DNA of 64,000 nucleotides from Octopus bimaculoides (taxonomy: Eukaryota), in contig NC_069003.1 in the NCBI RefSeq assembly GCF_001194135.2, forward strand, positions 27,978,234-28,042,233. The letters are read 5' to 3'. Of the stretch, positions 38,856-52,130 are shown one piece after another. Position 1 is the first letter of the stretch. Every line of letters starts with the position of its first letter. Under the pieces are notes generated by a model, which worked only from the letters and a program-made list of their open reading frames with translations, was not told the DNA's origin and searched no databases. A program made the position numbers and the translations under genes.

Positions 38856-39969
38856 GAAGCATGTATTGTCACAGTAATGCATCAATTAGTATTATTGTTA
38901 TTATTATTATCACCCTCACTTTTATTATTATTGTTCTTTTGTTGCCTCATTACATGATGTGGGCAAAATATCTACTACAGTCTTAGCAATTTGAAATTTC
39001 CCACATAATATAAGCAATCCCAAACTTGGTTTTATAAACAATGCCTTAAAAATATATTTAAAACCTTGGTATTTGATTTATATGTGGATATATTGATGAG
39101 GAGGAGATGATAATCAGAATGTTTTAGAAATAGCAAACTAATTGCTTTACTTGGGAATCTATTTTAAATTCCCATCGTAATATCTTCTAGCAGATTGCAT
39201 TATATAAGTAATTTACTATATTATAGAGAACTGAGTGAGTCTTTAAAGCAAGCACCAATTGGAATAGAAGAAACAAAATTATACTCAAATGTTTTCTGTT
39301 TGTTTGTTTATTCTTTGTTTTTTGTTTTTTTCTTTGGCATTGTTCTTTCATTTTCTTTGGAAATATTGAATATTAGAGATAAGGAAATTATTTAGTTTCC
39401 AGCGTTTAGATTATTAACAGGAAAAAGAAAAATGAGTTGATAACATTTTTAAAGAAAAGCTATTTCTAGCACACAATCAGACTTGTGATGTTTTTATAAA
39501 AGAAAAATAATAATAATAATCTGATAATACCTTGGAAGTGATGTAAAGTATATCAATCAGTTTATTGTTTATTTACATTTTATATTTATATTATATTTTA
39601 TCTTTCCTTTTTTTTTTTTCCATTCTGAATACTCTCTTTTTAAGACACCACAACTTTAGATAAAGTTTATGGATTACTTCATTTTTATAATTATTATTTT
39701 TTTATTTTTTTTTTTTTTTTTTTTTTTTTTTTGTATAATAAATTTTGTTGTAATCAAATAGAACACTTCTGCTTAATTTGCTCCTATTTTTAATGGAGAA
39801 ATTTCTGTTGAGATTGAATATTTTTAAAACCTACCACTTAGTTGTGAATTGAGAGTGGAAACTGAATTAAACAGAGTTATTAGTAATAAAACGCAACTGT
39901 AGTGAAATTTCAACTTTTGGTCACTGTTGTCATGTGTTTCACACAGGCTTCATTATTATAAGTATTAAG

Positions 39970-40740
39970 GTGCCTTGGACAAGACACTCAGTGATCTTGG
40001 AGTTAATGTAATTCACTAGCCCCTTCTTCCCAAAATTTAAGGCCGATATATAGTAGAAAAAAAACCATTATTATTATAGATGTCACGCAATATCTCATAA
40101 TTTGATGTTACAGATTTTAAGGCAGGGAGCTGGCTGAATCATTAGCATGCTGGGCAAAATGCTTTGTGGCATTTCATGTTCTGAGTTCAAATTACACCAA
40201 GGTTGACTTTGCCTTTGATCATTTTAGGGATCAAAAATGTTAGTACAAGTTGAACACTGGGATCAATATAATCAACTTGTCCCCCCACCCCTGAAATTGC
40301 TAGACTTGTACTAAAATTTGAAACCATGATTATTATTTTTATTAGAATTATTAAGGTGGCGAGCTGGCAGAATCGTTAGCATGCTGGGTGAAATGCTTAA
40401 TGGTATTTCGCCCATCATTACATTCTGAGTTCAAATTCTGCCAAGGTTGATTTTATTTTTCATCTTTTTGGGGTCGATAAATTAAGTACCAGTTAAACAC
40501 TGGGGTCGATGTAGTTGACTAGCCCCCTCCACCAAAATTTCAGGCCTTGTGCCACCAGACAAAATGCTCAATGATATTTGCTCTCATTATTTACTAGGTT
40601 CAAATCCTACCAAGGTCAATTTGGTTTTTATCCTGTAGGGGTTGATAAAATAAAGTACCAGTCAAGTACAGTAGCTAATGTAATCAACTATCTCCTTCGC
40701 AGTTGCTGGCCTTGGGCCAAAGCTTGAAAGAATTATTATA
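39970..40740 (+). mobile_element. Cluster of four head-to-tail family B SINE copies or fragments
   Basis: Copies start near 39970 (partial), 40120, 40355 and 40560 (partial). Confidence 0.8.
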
Positions 40741-42511
40741 TTTTGTAATTATCTTTTCAGTTTTTCTACTTGACATCCAGACAGTTATAGCAAAAGACAA
40801 AACCAATAATAATGATAGAAATAAATTTAAAAAAAAAAAAAAAATTCCCCACAGCTCTAGCAATGTTAAAATTGTTTACAGAACCAATGATTTTGACATT
40901 TTACTTCATTAATAATTTACTTAAAATGTCATTTTTCTCTCAGCCCAATTTTAAAAAATAATTGAAACCAAAAAATATAATCTTTCATATTGTTCCATCT
41001 TGCTTTACCCCAGCTCTTTTATAATTACATGTATTTTGTCTTTTCTCAAATGAATAGTCTGAGTTGATAGAGAAATTCCTCACAGTTTGTAGCAATGTTG
41101 CAGCAGAAGCAGCAACTTCCTATGTTTCTCTTTTACTCTTTCACCTGATTCAGTCATTTTGACTGCAGCCATGCTGGAGCACCACCTTTAGCAAATCGAC
41201 CCCATACTTCAGAGTATTCTAATTCTGCCTTCAGCAGAGGCCATTCTATTACAAGCATTCGGGCCAGCTGACAGATTTCAGATTCCTTGTTTCTTTCTTT
41301 CCCAACTGTCTCAGAGACCCGGTAATGGGTCAGAGGCATGCCCTTACCTCTTGACTAAAAGATTGCTTTAAATGTGTATCTGGTGTCCTTGAGAATTTTC
41401 CCCCATCATTTATACTTTTCTATGTTTATTAATAAAAGATTCTCTATATTGCATTTCTTATTCTAAGATTTGTATTTGCTAGCCACTTTATTATTGTCAT
41501 TATTATTATTATTATCATTATTATTATTAATAATGCTAACGATACCTATTTAACTTAGAATTACATATATATATATATATATATATATATAGTGCAGGCA
41601 TAGCTGTGTGGTAAGAAGCTTGCTTCCCAACCACTTGGTTCTGGGTTCAGTCCAACTGTGTGGCACCTTGGGCAAGTGTCTTCTACTACAGCCACAGGCT
41701 AACCAAAGCTTTGTGAGTGGATTTGGTTGACAGAAACTGAATAGAAGTCCAACATATATATATATATATATATGTGTAGCTGTGTGTGATAATAATAAAT
41801 GTAGAAGCAATATGGGATGTGTAATATATCATATTATTCACTGAACACACTTGCAGAGAAGAGTATTGAACCTGACCCAAGTATTGAATGCAGTGATATC
41901 AACCAGACTTATTTAATCAATGAGAATGACAATTGAACAAAAAGTTAGAATTCTTAATTAAAGCTGCAATTATTTAGAAAATAAAAAGTTTGATTATTGA
42001 CTAGCTAGTGGTCAAATATTGACGAGATAGCATTGAAATTGATAAACAGGTAACCACATATTTAATCTGACTTGCTGATCAAATATTGGACTTGAGGTAA
42101 CAAAGTAAGAAATGTATGAAAAGATATGATTCTCTAATTCACAAATATAGTTATCAATATGCCATAAATATTAGAATGGCTATGATAAAATACTTAATAA
42201 CATCTGCTACATGGGAACTTAATAACGAAGTGGATGCTATTGTTCTCATCACCAAGGATGAAATTCTAATTAAAACTTCTCAGCTGACTAAATCAAATGT
42301 GCCACCACCCACTTTACTGAAGTTTTATGGTGGCAAATTGGCAGATTCATTGTTTCTTAAAATATTGTGGCACCTTGCTTTCTGAGTTCAAATCCCTTCT
42401 CTCTTAATTTTTGCTTTCATCTTTCAGGATCAATAGATATATAATATAGTAGTCTGAAAAATTTGACTTGTATGCTGGAATGCAGAAAATTATGGTATAT
42501 TTATCAGACAT

Positions 42512-42857
42512 GGTGAAGGCTCATGGCTAAGTGCTTAGAGCATCAGCTTCACAATCATGAGGTAGTGAGTTCAGTTCCTGGACTGGGCTTTGTGTTGTGT
42601 TCTTGAGCAAGACACTTCATTTTATGTTGCCCCAGTTCACTCAACTGCAGAAATGAGTTGCAACATCACTGGTGCCAAGCTGTATCAGCCTTTCCCTTGC
42701 CTTGGATAACATTGGTGGCAAGGAGTGGGGAGGCTGGTAGGTATAGGCAACTACTTGTCTTCCATAAACAGCTTTGCCTGGACTTGGGCCTCAGAGGAGA
42801 ATGTTCTAGGTGCAATCCCATGGTCATTCATAACCAAAGGGGGATCTTTACCCTTTA
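42512..42857 (+). mobile_element. SINE family D-related, long variant
   Basis: catggctaagtgcttagag...gagttcagttcctgg...tgtgttgtgttcttgagcaagacacttcatt... with a different 3' half. Confidence 0.7.
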
Positions 42858-45085
42858 TCGGACATGGTTTGTGGTAAAGAGGTTTGTTTCCCAGTCGTGT
42901 GGTTTTGTGTTCAGTCCCACTGCATGTCATCTTGTGCAAGTGTCCTCTGTTATAGCCCTAGGCTGATCAAAATCTTAGTAGATTTGCAAGACAGAGGCTG
43001 GAAGAAGTCCAACATATGTGCCCATGTCCCCACTTATCTTGACATCATGCAATTCTTGTAAAAAAATCTCACTGTCACACAAACACTGTTCTTTGTTTCC
43101 AGTTTTCCATGGAAACATGTCTGGTCAGAGAAACAGGTGAGGGTTGGCAACAGTAAGGACATCTGGCTGTAGATAATCTGGCTCAATGAATCCTTTCTTA
43201 ACCATGCAAGCATTGAAAAGTAGATATCAAAATGATGATAATGATGACTCAAGTTATAACCTGCTACAACACTATATTACAGTAACACTACAACCACTAC
43301 ACTATATCTATCATAGTAACACCACAAGTTAGAACCTACTGTATTTCTAAATCTGGTTGTGATGCCATTATTCTAAACTGCTATTCTGCTGAAGTCAACT
43401 TTCCCTTTCGTCATTTTGGGGTCAACACTATGGGTACTAGTTGAACACTTGGGTTAATGTGATCAGCTTACCTTTCCCTTAAAATTGCTGGCCTTGTGCC
43501 AAAATTTGAAAGCATTATTTTAAATTGCTTAACTGGTGAATAATTTTCATACAAAAACCATATCCTTTCAAAGGTATTACAAAATAGGGTTAGTACTGAG
43601 GCAGTGTAATAATACTGAAATATGGATTTTCTACTGTAATCAGATCCCACCCAACACCCACACTGCCTGTCTCCATTTAATTTTTAATCAATTTAAATTT
43701 CAGAATGCCTTCTTTTGCCTTCCTTACAAGAATTGTCATTGATGTTGTATCATTGATGTTGTGTGATTTCAACTGATTTAAATTTCAAATTTCAATTGAT
43801 TTAATAGTGAGCTAATGCTCACTATTAACATCATCAATTTTATATCACAATATCACTTCTCCCTGATAATTACTTTCACTTTAGCATAAATGTTTGTTTC
43901 TTTGTGAGGATGAAAGAGATTGTGCATATTGGTGGCAGCAATGGCTGCTGCTGCTGCTGCTGTTGAGTTTATAAGAGTATCAGCTAGCAAAGATATTTCA
44001 TCTGTGGCACCAAAAGTATGGGATTACACAGTTAAGGAGGGTCGTATCATGTGATTGCTCTACCTTCTAGAAAGAGTAGTCAAATCTCTTTGAAATTAAG
44101 ACCTGCTATATAAACATGAAAGAACAAATTAGATACTGTCTTGGATACACTAAAAAGACAAGTACAGTCATAGTTGAAGTCTCTGTGGTCAAAGGTTTGT
44201 TTGGTCGAAATTGATTTGGGCCAATAACATGAAATCTGTGAAGGTTTAATCCACAATCATGAACCTTACAAAATATATTACAGGGAAAAGTTAGGAATTA
44301 AACATACTGGTTCACACACTTCTTACTTTGAGTGCTTAATTCCAAGTGGTTTGACCATGTTCCTATGAACTCGTCACCCTTGAAGAAAATTAAATCTGTG
44401 CATCCATTTCTCCCCCCCCCCATCTCTCTCACACACACTCACACACACACCATCACCACAACGTACTTTTTCATGCTTGTATAGGTTAGACAAGAATATG
44501 TTGGGGCAGAATTTTCTTTGGCTAGATACCTTTCCTACTGGTTTAGTCTCCCAGGTTATTGAACAGCAATTAGCCTGGACATGTTTACATGGAGAAGTGG
44601 AAACAAATTACACTGTCAATGAGAACACAAATGAAGATGAAGGAAGTATGGACTCTCTTTCTTTCTCATCATCATCATCATAATAGTGTATGTGTGTGAT
44701 AGGCTTCTTTTAGTTTTCCATCTACCACATCTATTTAGAAGAATTTGGTTGGCCTGAAGTTATATAGTAGATATTCCCCCAAGGTTCCATGCAGTGGGAC
44801 TATGACCTTCTTCAGTTAACACATTTGAAAATATTTTGAAATGTGTTCACTGAGAAAGTTATGCAATGATCTGAAATGTCTGTATTAAATGCTTCCAAAA
44901 TATCATTATTTGGTTTGACTTCTTCATTCGTATAATTTGTATGACTTGACGCTAGCACAAATTTGCCAGCCCTCACTCCTTTTACACAGATACTCTACCC
45001 AGGATTTGGAGAAGTTTCTTCTTATTGACTAATGTCAAAAATTCTGGTAACATGCATTGCTTCTAAGCATAACATGAAATATATA

Positions 45086-45278
45086 CAGAGTCCACCAAAA
45101 AAATACATACGCAGATCAGGAAAGGAAAAATCTGTATGAATATTTAACTTGTATAAATATCTGTATTAATATAGATGCCTCTTTCAATGTTTTATCAAAT
45201 TACCATAAAACTGAATTAAAATATTTATACAGATTGTTCCTTTCTTGAAGTGTGTATTCATTTTTTTGGCAGACTCTG
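45086..45278. mobile_element. Tc1/mariner-type MITE
   Basis: TA on both sides; imperfect TIRs of about 28 bp, cagagtccaccaaaaaaatacatacgca and cagagtctgccaaaaaaatgaatacaca. Confidence 0.8.
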
Positions 45279-48200
45279 TACATATGTACGTATGTGCATA
45301 GATACATACAAACATATGTACATACTGGTTCATTGGTTTTGTTGAGAAAGAGTAAAACTCTGGCTCCTTCTCTCATAATTTTACCCATCTTTTTACTACT
45401 CATCTCTTAACATTAAGTTACCCACTTTGGGGTTTGTGTTCCTGCAAGCTTCATGGTGACCTCATTAGTATTGGTGTTATGCCAGTATGGAACATGGGCA
45501 ATAAATGATGATAATGATAAAATTACAGACTAGGACAAATTGTTGCCTTTGCATGTTTCTTTTGGCTACTGAGTATATTCTCCATATTTTCCAGGACATT
45601 CACCCAATTCACTTTGTGGAAATTCCACTCTCACTCTCCTAAAGAACCTCTTCAGATTGTATCATATATAAAGTGTATTTGATGGTGTATGTTATGTATG
45701 TGAAAAGAGAGAAAGAATGAATTTAGGCCTTATTTTCATCAGTGTTGTGTGATATAAAAGTAAAAATTAAAACTGAATTTGTGATGTTTATCATTAGCAT
45801 TGTGTTAGTTACTCGTGAGCTGATTTCTCCTTAAACATTAATATCTAAAGAATTAACTCCTATTCATCTCAAATGAAGCAGAATACAAATTCAGTTGAGG
45901 AGGTAACTTTCATTTCAATGCTGTCAGAAGGAAAAAAAATATGCTATTGAGATAATAATTACCCCCATCTAATGCACCTTTTCTAATGCAGTTGTGCATT
46001 TGAAAAAAATACAGCTGCATTTCCTATCAATGTAGATAATAAAAACACATGTCTTCAGGATATTGAACCTGTTTGGTTTCATAACTGCATATTTCTTCAG
46101 TTCTTTGAAGAAGTAAAACCCTTTATGACGAATGGTGATTGATAGATGGTTCCAAGAAAATAATAGAATATAAATTCAAAAGCTTGTTTACTGTATCTTA
46201 TCAATAGTCGGTAGAGTTTAATGTATTTTAACACCAAACTCTCTATAATATCTTCCACTGCGAACACAATCATTTGCAGACATTCAGTCTGAGATGCTTC
46301 TTTTCATTTAAATAAAAAAAAACTTTTTAAATGTTCAATTTTCATCACAGACTGTTATTACATGTTCAACTGCTTTAGTTAACATTTACAATAATTTATC
46401 TAACTCTAACTAGTCATCAACTAATGTTTGACGAAAAGGAAAAAAATAATAATAAATAAAATACAAAAACGAATGGAAACATAGACAACACTTTTCACTC
46501 TGCTAACTGCTTCAAATTACCTTTCTTCCATCATATGATATCTTATTCATTTTCTTATTTTAAAAGTACCCCATCCTCTCTTTTTTGCTCTCTTTCTCTC
46601 TCTCAGAAGTAAAGAAAGCCAATTACTTTTTTTTCAATATTATCCATATCAGTTCATCTTTGAAATTTTATTTGTGACTATGTCAATATAGCATTATTTT
46701 CTGCTATAGTTCTGTGCACACACACACACACACACACGTTCATTTCTTTAATATATGATGATTATCTTATAGCTAAAATATAAAGATATATTGAAGCTGT
46801 ATAACACAATATATTTTTGTGGCATTCTTCATGTTAAATGTTGCTGATTTGCACAAGTGGAATACTGGTTGTTTTGTAACAAAGTCTGTTATATTTTTTA
46901 ACTTACACAAATGATGTGATCTATTTTCATCCCATTTTCACATTGCAGTCAACTGCATATTTATTATTCACCTTTTTCTCTTTTTTTCTTCTTTTTACAA
47001 CTTTCAAATCATCTAAAAGTAACCCCTGATGTTATATGTGATAAGTTTTTTTTTTTCTTTCCATATCATTTCTAATTTTCATTCTCTTTTTCTTTATTGT
47101 TTATTTTTCAATTAATCTTTCCTTTATGTTTTGAATAGTCAAAAATATATTGCAGTCATTCTTAGTACAACTGTTTCATTAGTTGCCTAGTTATAACTAA
47201 ATGTTACTACATTAATCCACTCCAGGTTTTCTTTTTCTTCCGACTAATTTAACTTCTTGATTCGATTACTCATTTGGTTCCATGCTTTAAAAGTCTTCTA
47301 AATCCACTGGAGTAAGCCAGAGCAGTTTTTATATTTCCATTTTATTTTTTTTTTAACATTTTACTAAAATAATCTATTGTTCTTTAAATAAATCTGCTAC
47401 TGCAAATTAGCTTTCTTTTATCCAACATAGAAATAGGTTAATTATTTTTAAGCTTTATTAATCTCTCTCTCTGTCTTTCCTATTTTTTCTCATTCTTTGT
47501 CTTTCTCCTTCTATCTCTATCTCTCACACATTTTCTTTGATTATATATTCTATTTCATAACAAATCTGTATAATTATAACCACATTTTTTGTTGTTTTTT
47601 TTTGTTTGTTTTATGATAGTCTGATACTTTATTGATGAAAAGCCAGCAGTATTTAGTTAACTTGTATTTCTTTCTGAAATAGTTCTTCAATCTTTGGTAG
47701 TTCTGCAGAGCTATCAAAGATTAATACTTTAATCTTTGATAGTTCTACAGATTTTGGTTTGAGATTCTTAAGCAAGCATGGTGTAAGCATGACAATGTGG
47801 CTAAGAAATTCACTTTGCAATCATAAAATTCTGAGTTCAATCCCACTGTTTGACCCTTGAGCAAGTGTCTTTAACCATAATCTTGAGTCAGCCAAAACCT
47901 TGTGTGTCAGATTTTGTTGATAAAAACATATGGAAGAAGGCTTGTTTGCTAAATGTAAATGGAACCTGTATATTGCCTCTGATTGAGTAGATCAATAATC
48001 AAAGGCTTTCCAACAATGACCACCCCATATTTCTAGAGAGATCACTCAGAGACTATATGATTTCATATTTTACCTTCTGTTTTTATTTTTGTTTTTTTTT
48101 TATGAAGATATAAGGAGCTTTTGCTTGCTGTTTCTAACAGGTTGAATAACTGTACTGATTCTCCCTTACTGGCTCATTCAATTATTAATGAGTTTGTCAT

Positions 48201-49149
48201 ACAACAACATAATAAATTCACAAATTTGGGTGTAATAGAGGCTTTCTGAAACTGTAGAGAGCACATACTGTGAAAGATATGCAGACAGAAACTGAAAGAA
48301 GCCTATCGTGTGTGTGTGTGTGTGTGTGTGCACATGCATGTTTGTGTTAGTCACCAGCATTGTTTCACAACTGGTGTTTGTTTATGTCCCTGTAACTTAG
48401 CCGTTTGCCAAAAAGAGACTGATAGAATCAGCACGGGTCTTAAAAAAATTAACTACTGGGATCAATTTATTCAACTAATCACTTCATGGTGGTGCCCAGA
48501 ATGGTTGCAGTCCAATGACTGAAGCAAAAGATTAGTTCAATAATAACAAGATGGAGAAGCTTAATGGGGAAAGTTACACCTTTCTCATTTGCTTATTAAA
48601 AATAATTTCTTTAAAACAATTGCATTTATTTGAAGAATAGGATTAAACATAATTACTTCTTTCAGATCCTTTGTATTATATTAGATTCTTAATTTCCATT
48701 ACCTTTGGGCAATATAAACTTTATTTTAGATCTGGTGCCAATAAAAACTGGTTATGTTTCAGTATTGTTTAAACACTAAAATAATTTATATGCACAGGTA
48801 TTAGAAGAAATGATTTTCACAAAGATTACTTCTATGATACATAAAATTCTTATCAACTTTACTTAAATATAGTGAAAGAAGCAGTAAAATCTAATGTTAT
48901 CAATAGAATATTGCCATTTTCTTTTAACCTTTAGCATGCTGTAGATGCATCATGTCACTGAATGAGTTTTTTATTCTTTCAATGTGATGCAATGTGCCTG
49001 AAGTCACGGGAGAGCAAACTTGTATGGTACCATGATCTGCCTAAGTGTGCTAAGAACAAGACAGACAGTCTTGGCTGACATTATACATGTAGTAGATTGA
49101 ACTAGTAGCATAGCTAGATGACGAGGGTATATGGAACCCATCAGGATTA

Positions 49150-49375
49150 ATCATCATTTCAAATTTTGGTGCAAGGCTAACAAGTTTAGGAGAAGGGTAA
49201 GTGAATACCATCAATCCCAGCATTCAATTGCTACTTATATTATTGATCCTGAGAGGATGAAATGTAAAGTCAGTCCCAGTGGAATTTGAACTCAGAAGGT
49301 ATAGCACTGGATGAAATGCTGCTAAGCATTTTGATAAGCATGCCAACAATTCTGGCACCTTGTTACCCTTCAGGA
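49150..49375 (-). mobile_element. SINE family B, degraded
   Basis: Diagnostic blocks in reverse complement. Confidence 0.7.
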
Positions 49376-49519
49376 TTAATAATAAACTTATAAAAATAGT
49401 AGAAGAGCCTCTCACAAAAGAGACAGATAATTATTCTTGAAGAGGATAGATGCCACTATGTTATCTACCCATTGAAACACAGCATGGTGATGCAACAAAA
49501 CTTACATACCATATTAGAT

Positions 49520-49780
49520 CAGTCAAGGACCATTAGCTGTAAAGTGGACAAGAGTAGGTTGCATCTCTCGCTGTGAATTTTGTTCGGCTGATTAACTGCC
49601 AACAACAGAAGGCCTAGGTGTTGACCACAAGTGAGATGGTTGAATGACGTCTTATAGTCTCAGTTGGTCACACTTGAGAATCCAGCTGGAAAATTTAATG
49701 ATGGTTGCTTCTGATTGGGCCCTATGGACTCTAGCCCTGACCCTACCAGGAAGAGCATGAAATGAAAATGGATAGATTGA
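49520..49780 (+). mobile_element. Probable RTE-type LINE 3' relic
   Basis: Fragments resembling GRP..RW.D.V and ...MVASDW.LW in shifted frames; very degraded. Confidence 0.4.
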
Positions 49781-50199
49781 TTGTATGAATGGACACTGAA
49801 TGATAATTCAAGTATCCTTAACCCATTACCTACCAGTGATCTCATATGAGATCACTTAAAAATTACAAATTTCGTAATTATCTGTCAATATTTACACATA
49901 TCTAACCTTTTTGCTATATCTACTAGGTATATTTCTCTGATATTCAAATGAGGTTTGCTAATTTTTCACCCAATATCTCGCTTATTTCTATTTAAAATGC
50001 TATTTTGATCATTCCAGCGTGTTTCTAAGGCTGTTTTATGCTAGAAATCAAAGTTTAATAAAATAAATTCCAGTTAATAGAATTATGGGAGGTAATGGGT
50101 TAATACCTTTTAATTTACACAACCTGGAGCATTGAACTTCATTCTGTGATAAAAGAATGAAATCGTTTTGAAAGTTAATTCATTATTATTTCTATCACA

Positions 50200-50416
50200 T
50201 AAGACAGCAAGCTGGCAGAATCTTTAGCATGCCAGACAAAATGCTTAGCGGTATTCTGGCTGTCTTCATGTTCTGAGTTCAAATTCCACAGAGGTCAACT
50301 TTATATTTCATCCTTTCAGGGTCGATAAAATAAGTACCTGTTATGCACTGGGGTTGATGTAATTGACTCCCATCCCCTCCCCAAAAATTTCAAACCTTGT
50401 GCCTTTAGTAGAAAAG
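50200..50416 (+). mobile_element. SINE family B, full length, with 18-bp perfect TSD
   Basis: attattatttctatcaca at 50182-50199 and 50417-50434. Confidence 0.92.
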
Positions 50417-50879
50417 ATTATTATTTCTATCACACAGTCTGATTTCTCTGTTTTGGATTATTTTTAAAGAATATAATCTTAATCTTCATCACATGATTAA
50501 GCAACTATTTCCAATTCAAAATGTTATATATTCTTTTTAGTCTTTTCTCAAACAACATAATGCTTATGTTGCATATTCTTTTGGTTACAATGCTTATAAG
50601 CTGATAGTGGTGAGCCTTTTAAACCCAGCAGGTTAAAACATTAATTTTTTTTTCTAATAATCTTGTTATTGGAGTGTCATTTAAAATGTAAGCATGTATT
50701 TCAGTTTTAGGTAAATGCTTATAGGTAAGCAGCTTATTTTACCAATATGTTTACAAAGCCAGGAGTTTAATACAATATAACTTAAAATTTCAAAATATGC
50801 TTATAAAATTAGGTTGATAAAATGAAATTAGAAAGTTTGCTTTCAATTTAATGGCTATTTTGTTGTTGAATTTCAGAAG

Positions 50880-52130
50880 AGAATTGCTTTATAAGAGAGA
50901 TACAGTGTATGCTCTTTAATGAATTGCAGACAGCTCTCATATCTTCACCTATTCTGTTTCTCTTGTTTGCTTTTGCATTATTTAATGCTATAAGCAATAT
51001 TTAACATGAATATGTTGATGAGAAAATGGCTATGTTAGCGTTTTTACATAAATTTTGAAGGTATCAACATTTTGGGAATGCATTTCCACACTCTCAAAAG
51101 TCTGAAGATGTATTCATGATTACTTGCACACAATGCCATTCTTTTAAATTAGCACTAAGTATAATTAATCTTTGCTTCCAAATAGGGTTAAATTGGAAGT
51201 CAACTAACTGCAGGTCTCTTGAATACAGATCTGTAAAACCTGCTTCATCAAGGTCATTCATAAATTGTATTATCATCTCTAACTCATTTAACTGAACAAG
51301 CCTAGAAAAAAAAATCTATTTAGTTACTGTAAATTGTTTTCTTATGTTCAAGATTCTTAAAGATGGTTTCTTAAAAAAATTCTTTGCCTTTCAAAATCAA
51401 TAGAAACTTTTACTTTCTAAATCATTTTGAAATATGTTGAGTTGACTCTCAAAACTTTTGATCACTCCAAACATCACATCAATAGAATTTCTATAACTTC
51501 ACGTTTTGATATAAAGTTCATTCAGATCCATGGAAACACGTAAGTTTATTGAGTCGTATGTAAAAATAGTTTGGTTTCACTTAAACATTCAACTAACTGT
51601 TCACGTATTTGGCCACAACTCAACCATTGAACATTATTGTACATTTGTAAATCATTATAGACTGATACAATTTATTCAAAAGTAAATTAAATTCTTGTTT
51701 ATGCAAAGCCTTGGCAGCTACCAAATTGACTATCTTTGTTACTACACTTATCACATCATTGAAATCTTTGAAAGTTACTTTTGGGCACAGCACTTCCTGA
51801 TGTCTCACAAATACACTGGAAAGCAACAAGTAGATGAATAACAGCTTTTGCTCACTGTTTTACAAAACCATCACTTTGGTCTACGAATATTAGGAGCCCA
51901 TCAGTCAGCCAAAACTTTTTGTGTGAAATGTATTTGTGTTACATGATACATTTTAACAACAGACTCACTTATGTTTTTCCTGACGTATTTTGAGGCAAAT
52001 TCTCTAACTTAATCAACTTTTCATGAATAGAATCGCCATGAAAATATCATGTGATAATGCTTAGTCAAACTGATGACATAATGTCTGTGGTTTCATCAAG
52101 ACAAATAAAGAAAAAGTTGCAAGTGTTTAA
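50880..52130 (-). mobile_element. hAT (Charlie/SPIN, GTF2IRD2/EPM2AIP1-like) transposase relic
   Basis: Minus-strand HQEVLC...VISVVTKIVNLVAAKALHKQEFNLLL, QDLQLVDFQFNPIWKQ and IAIFSSTYSC*ILL..LNNAKANKRNRI match Charlie-type motifs (H.CIIHQEALC, VV..VN.I...ALNHRQF..LL, FGSTYLCE..FS.M...K...RNRL). Many stops and frameshifts; no TIRs found. Confidence 0.8.

Noticed and set aside
41348-41419. 72-nt minus-strand exon KSINDGGKFSRTPDTHLKQSFSQE with GAG|gtaagg donor
   Set aside because: The adjacent plus strand reads like a decayed RTE C-terminus (LPSAEAILLQ...QIP..FLSQLS) and the acceptor is weak, so I cannot distinguish it from chance.
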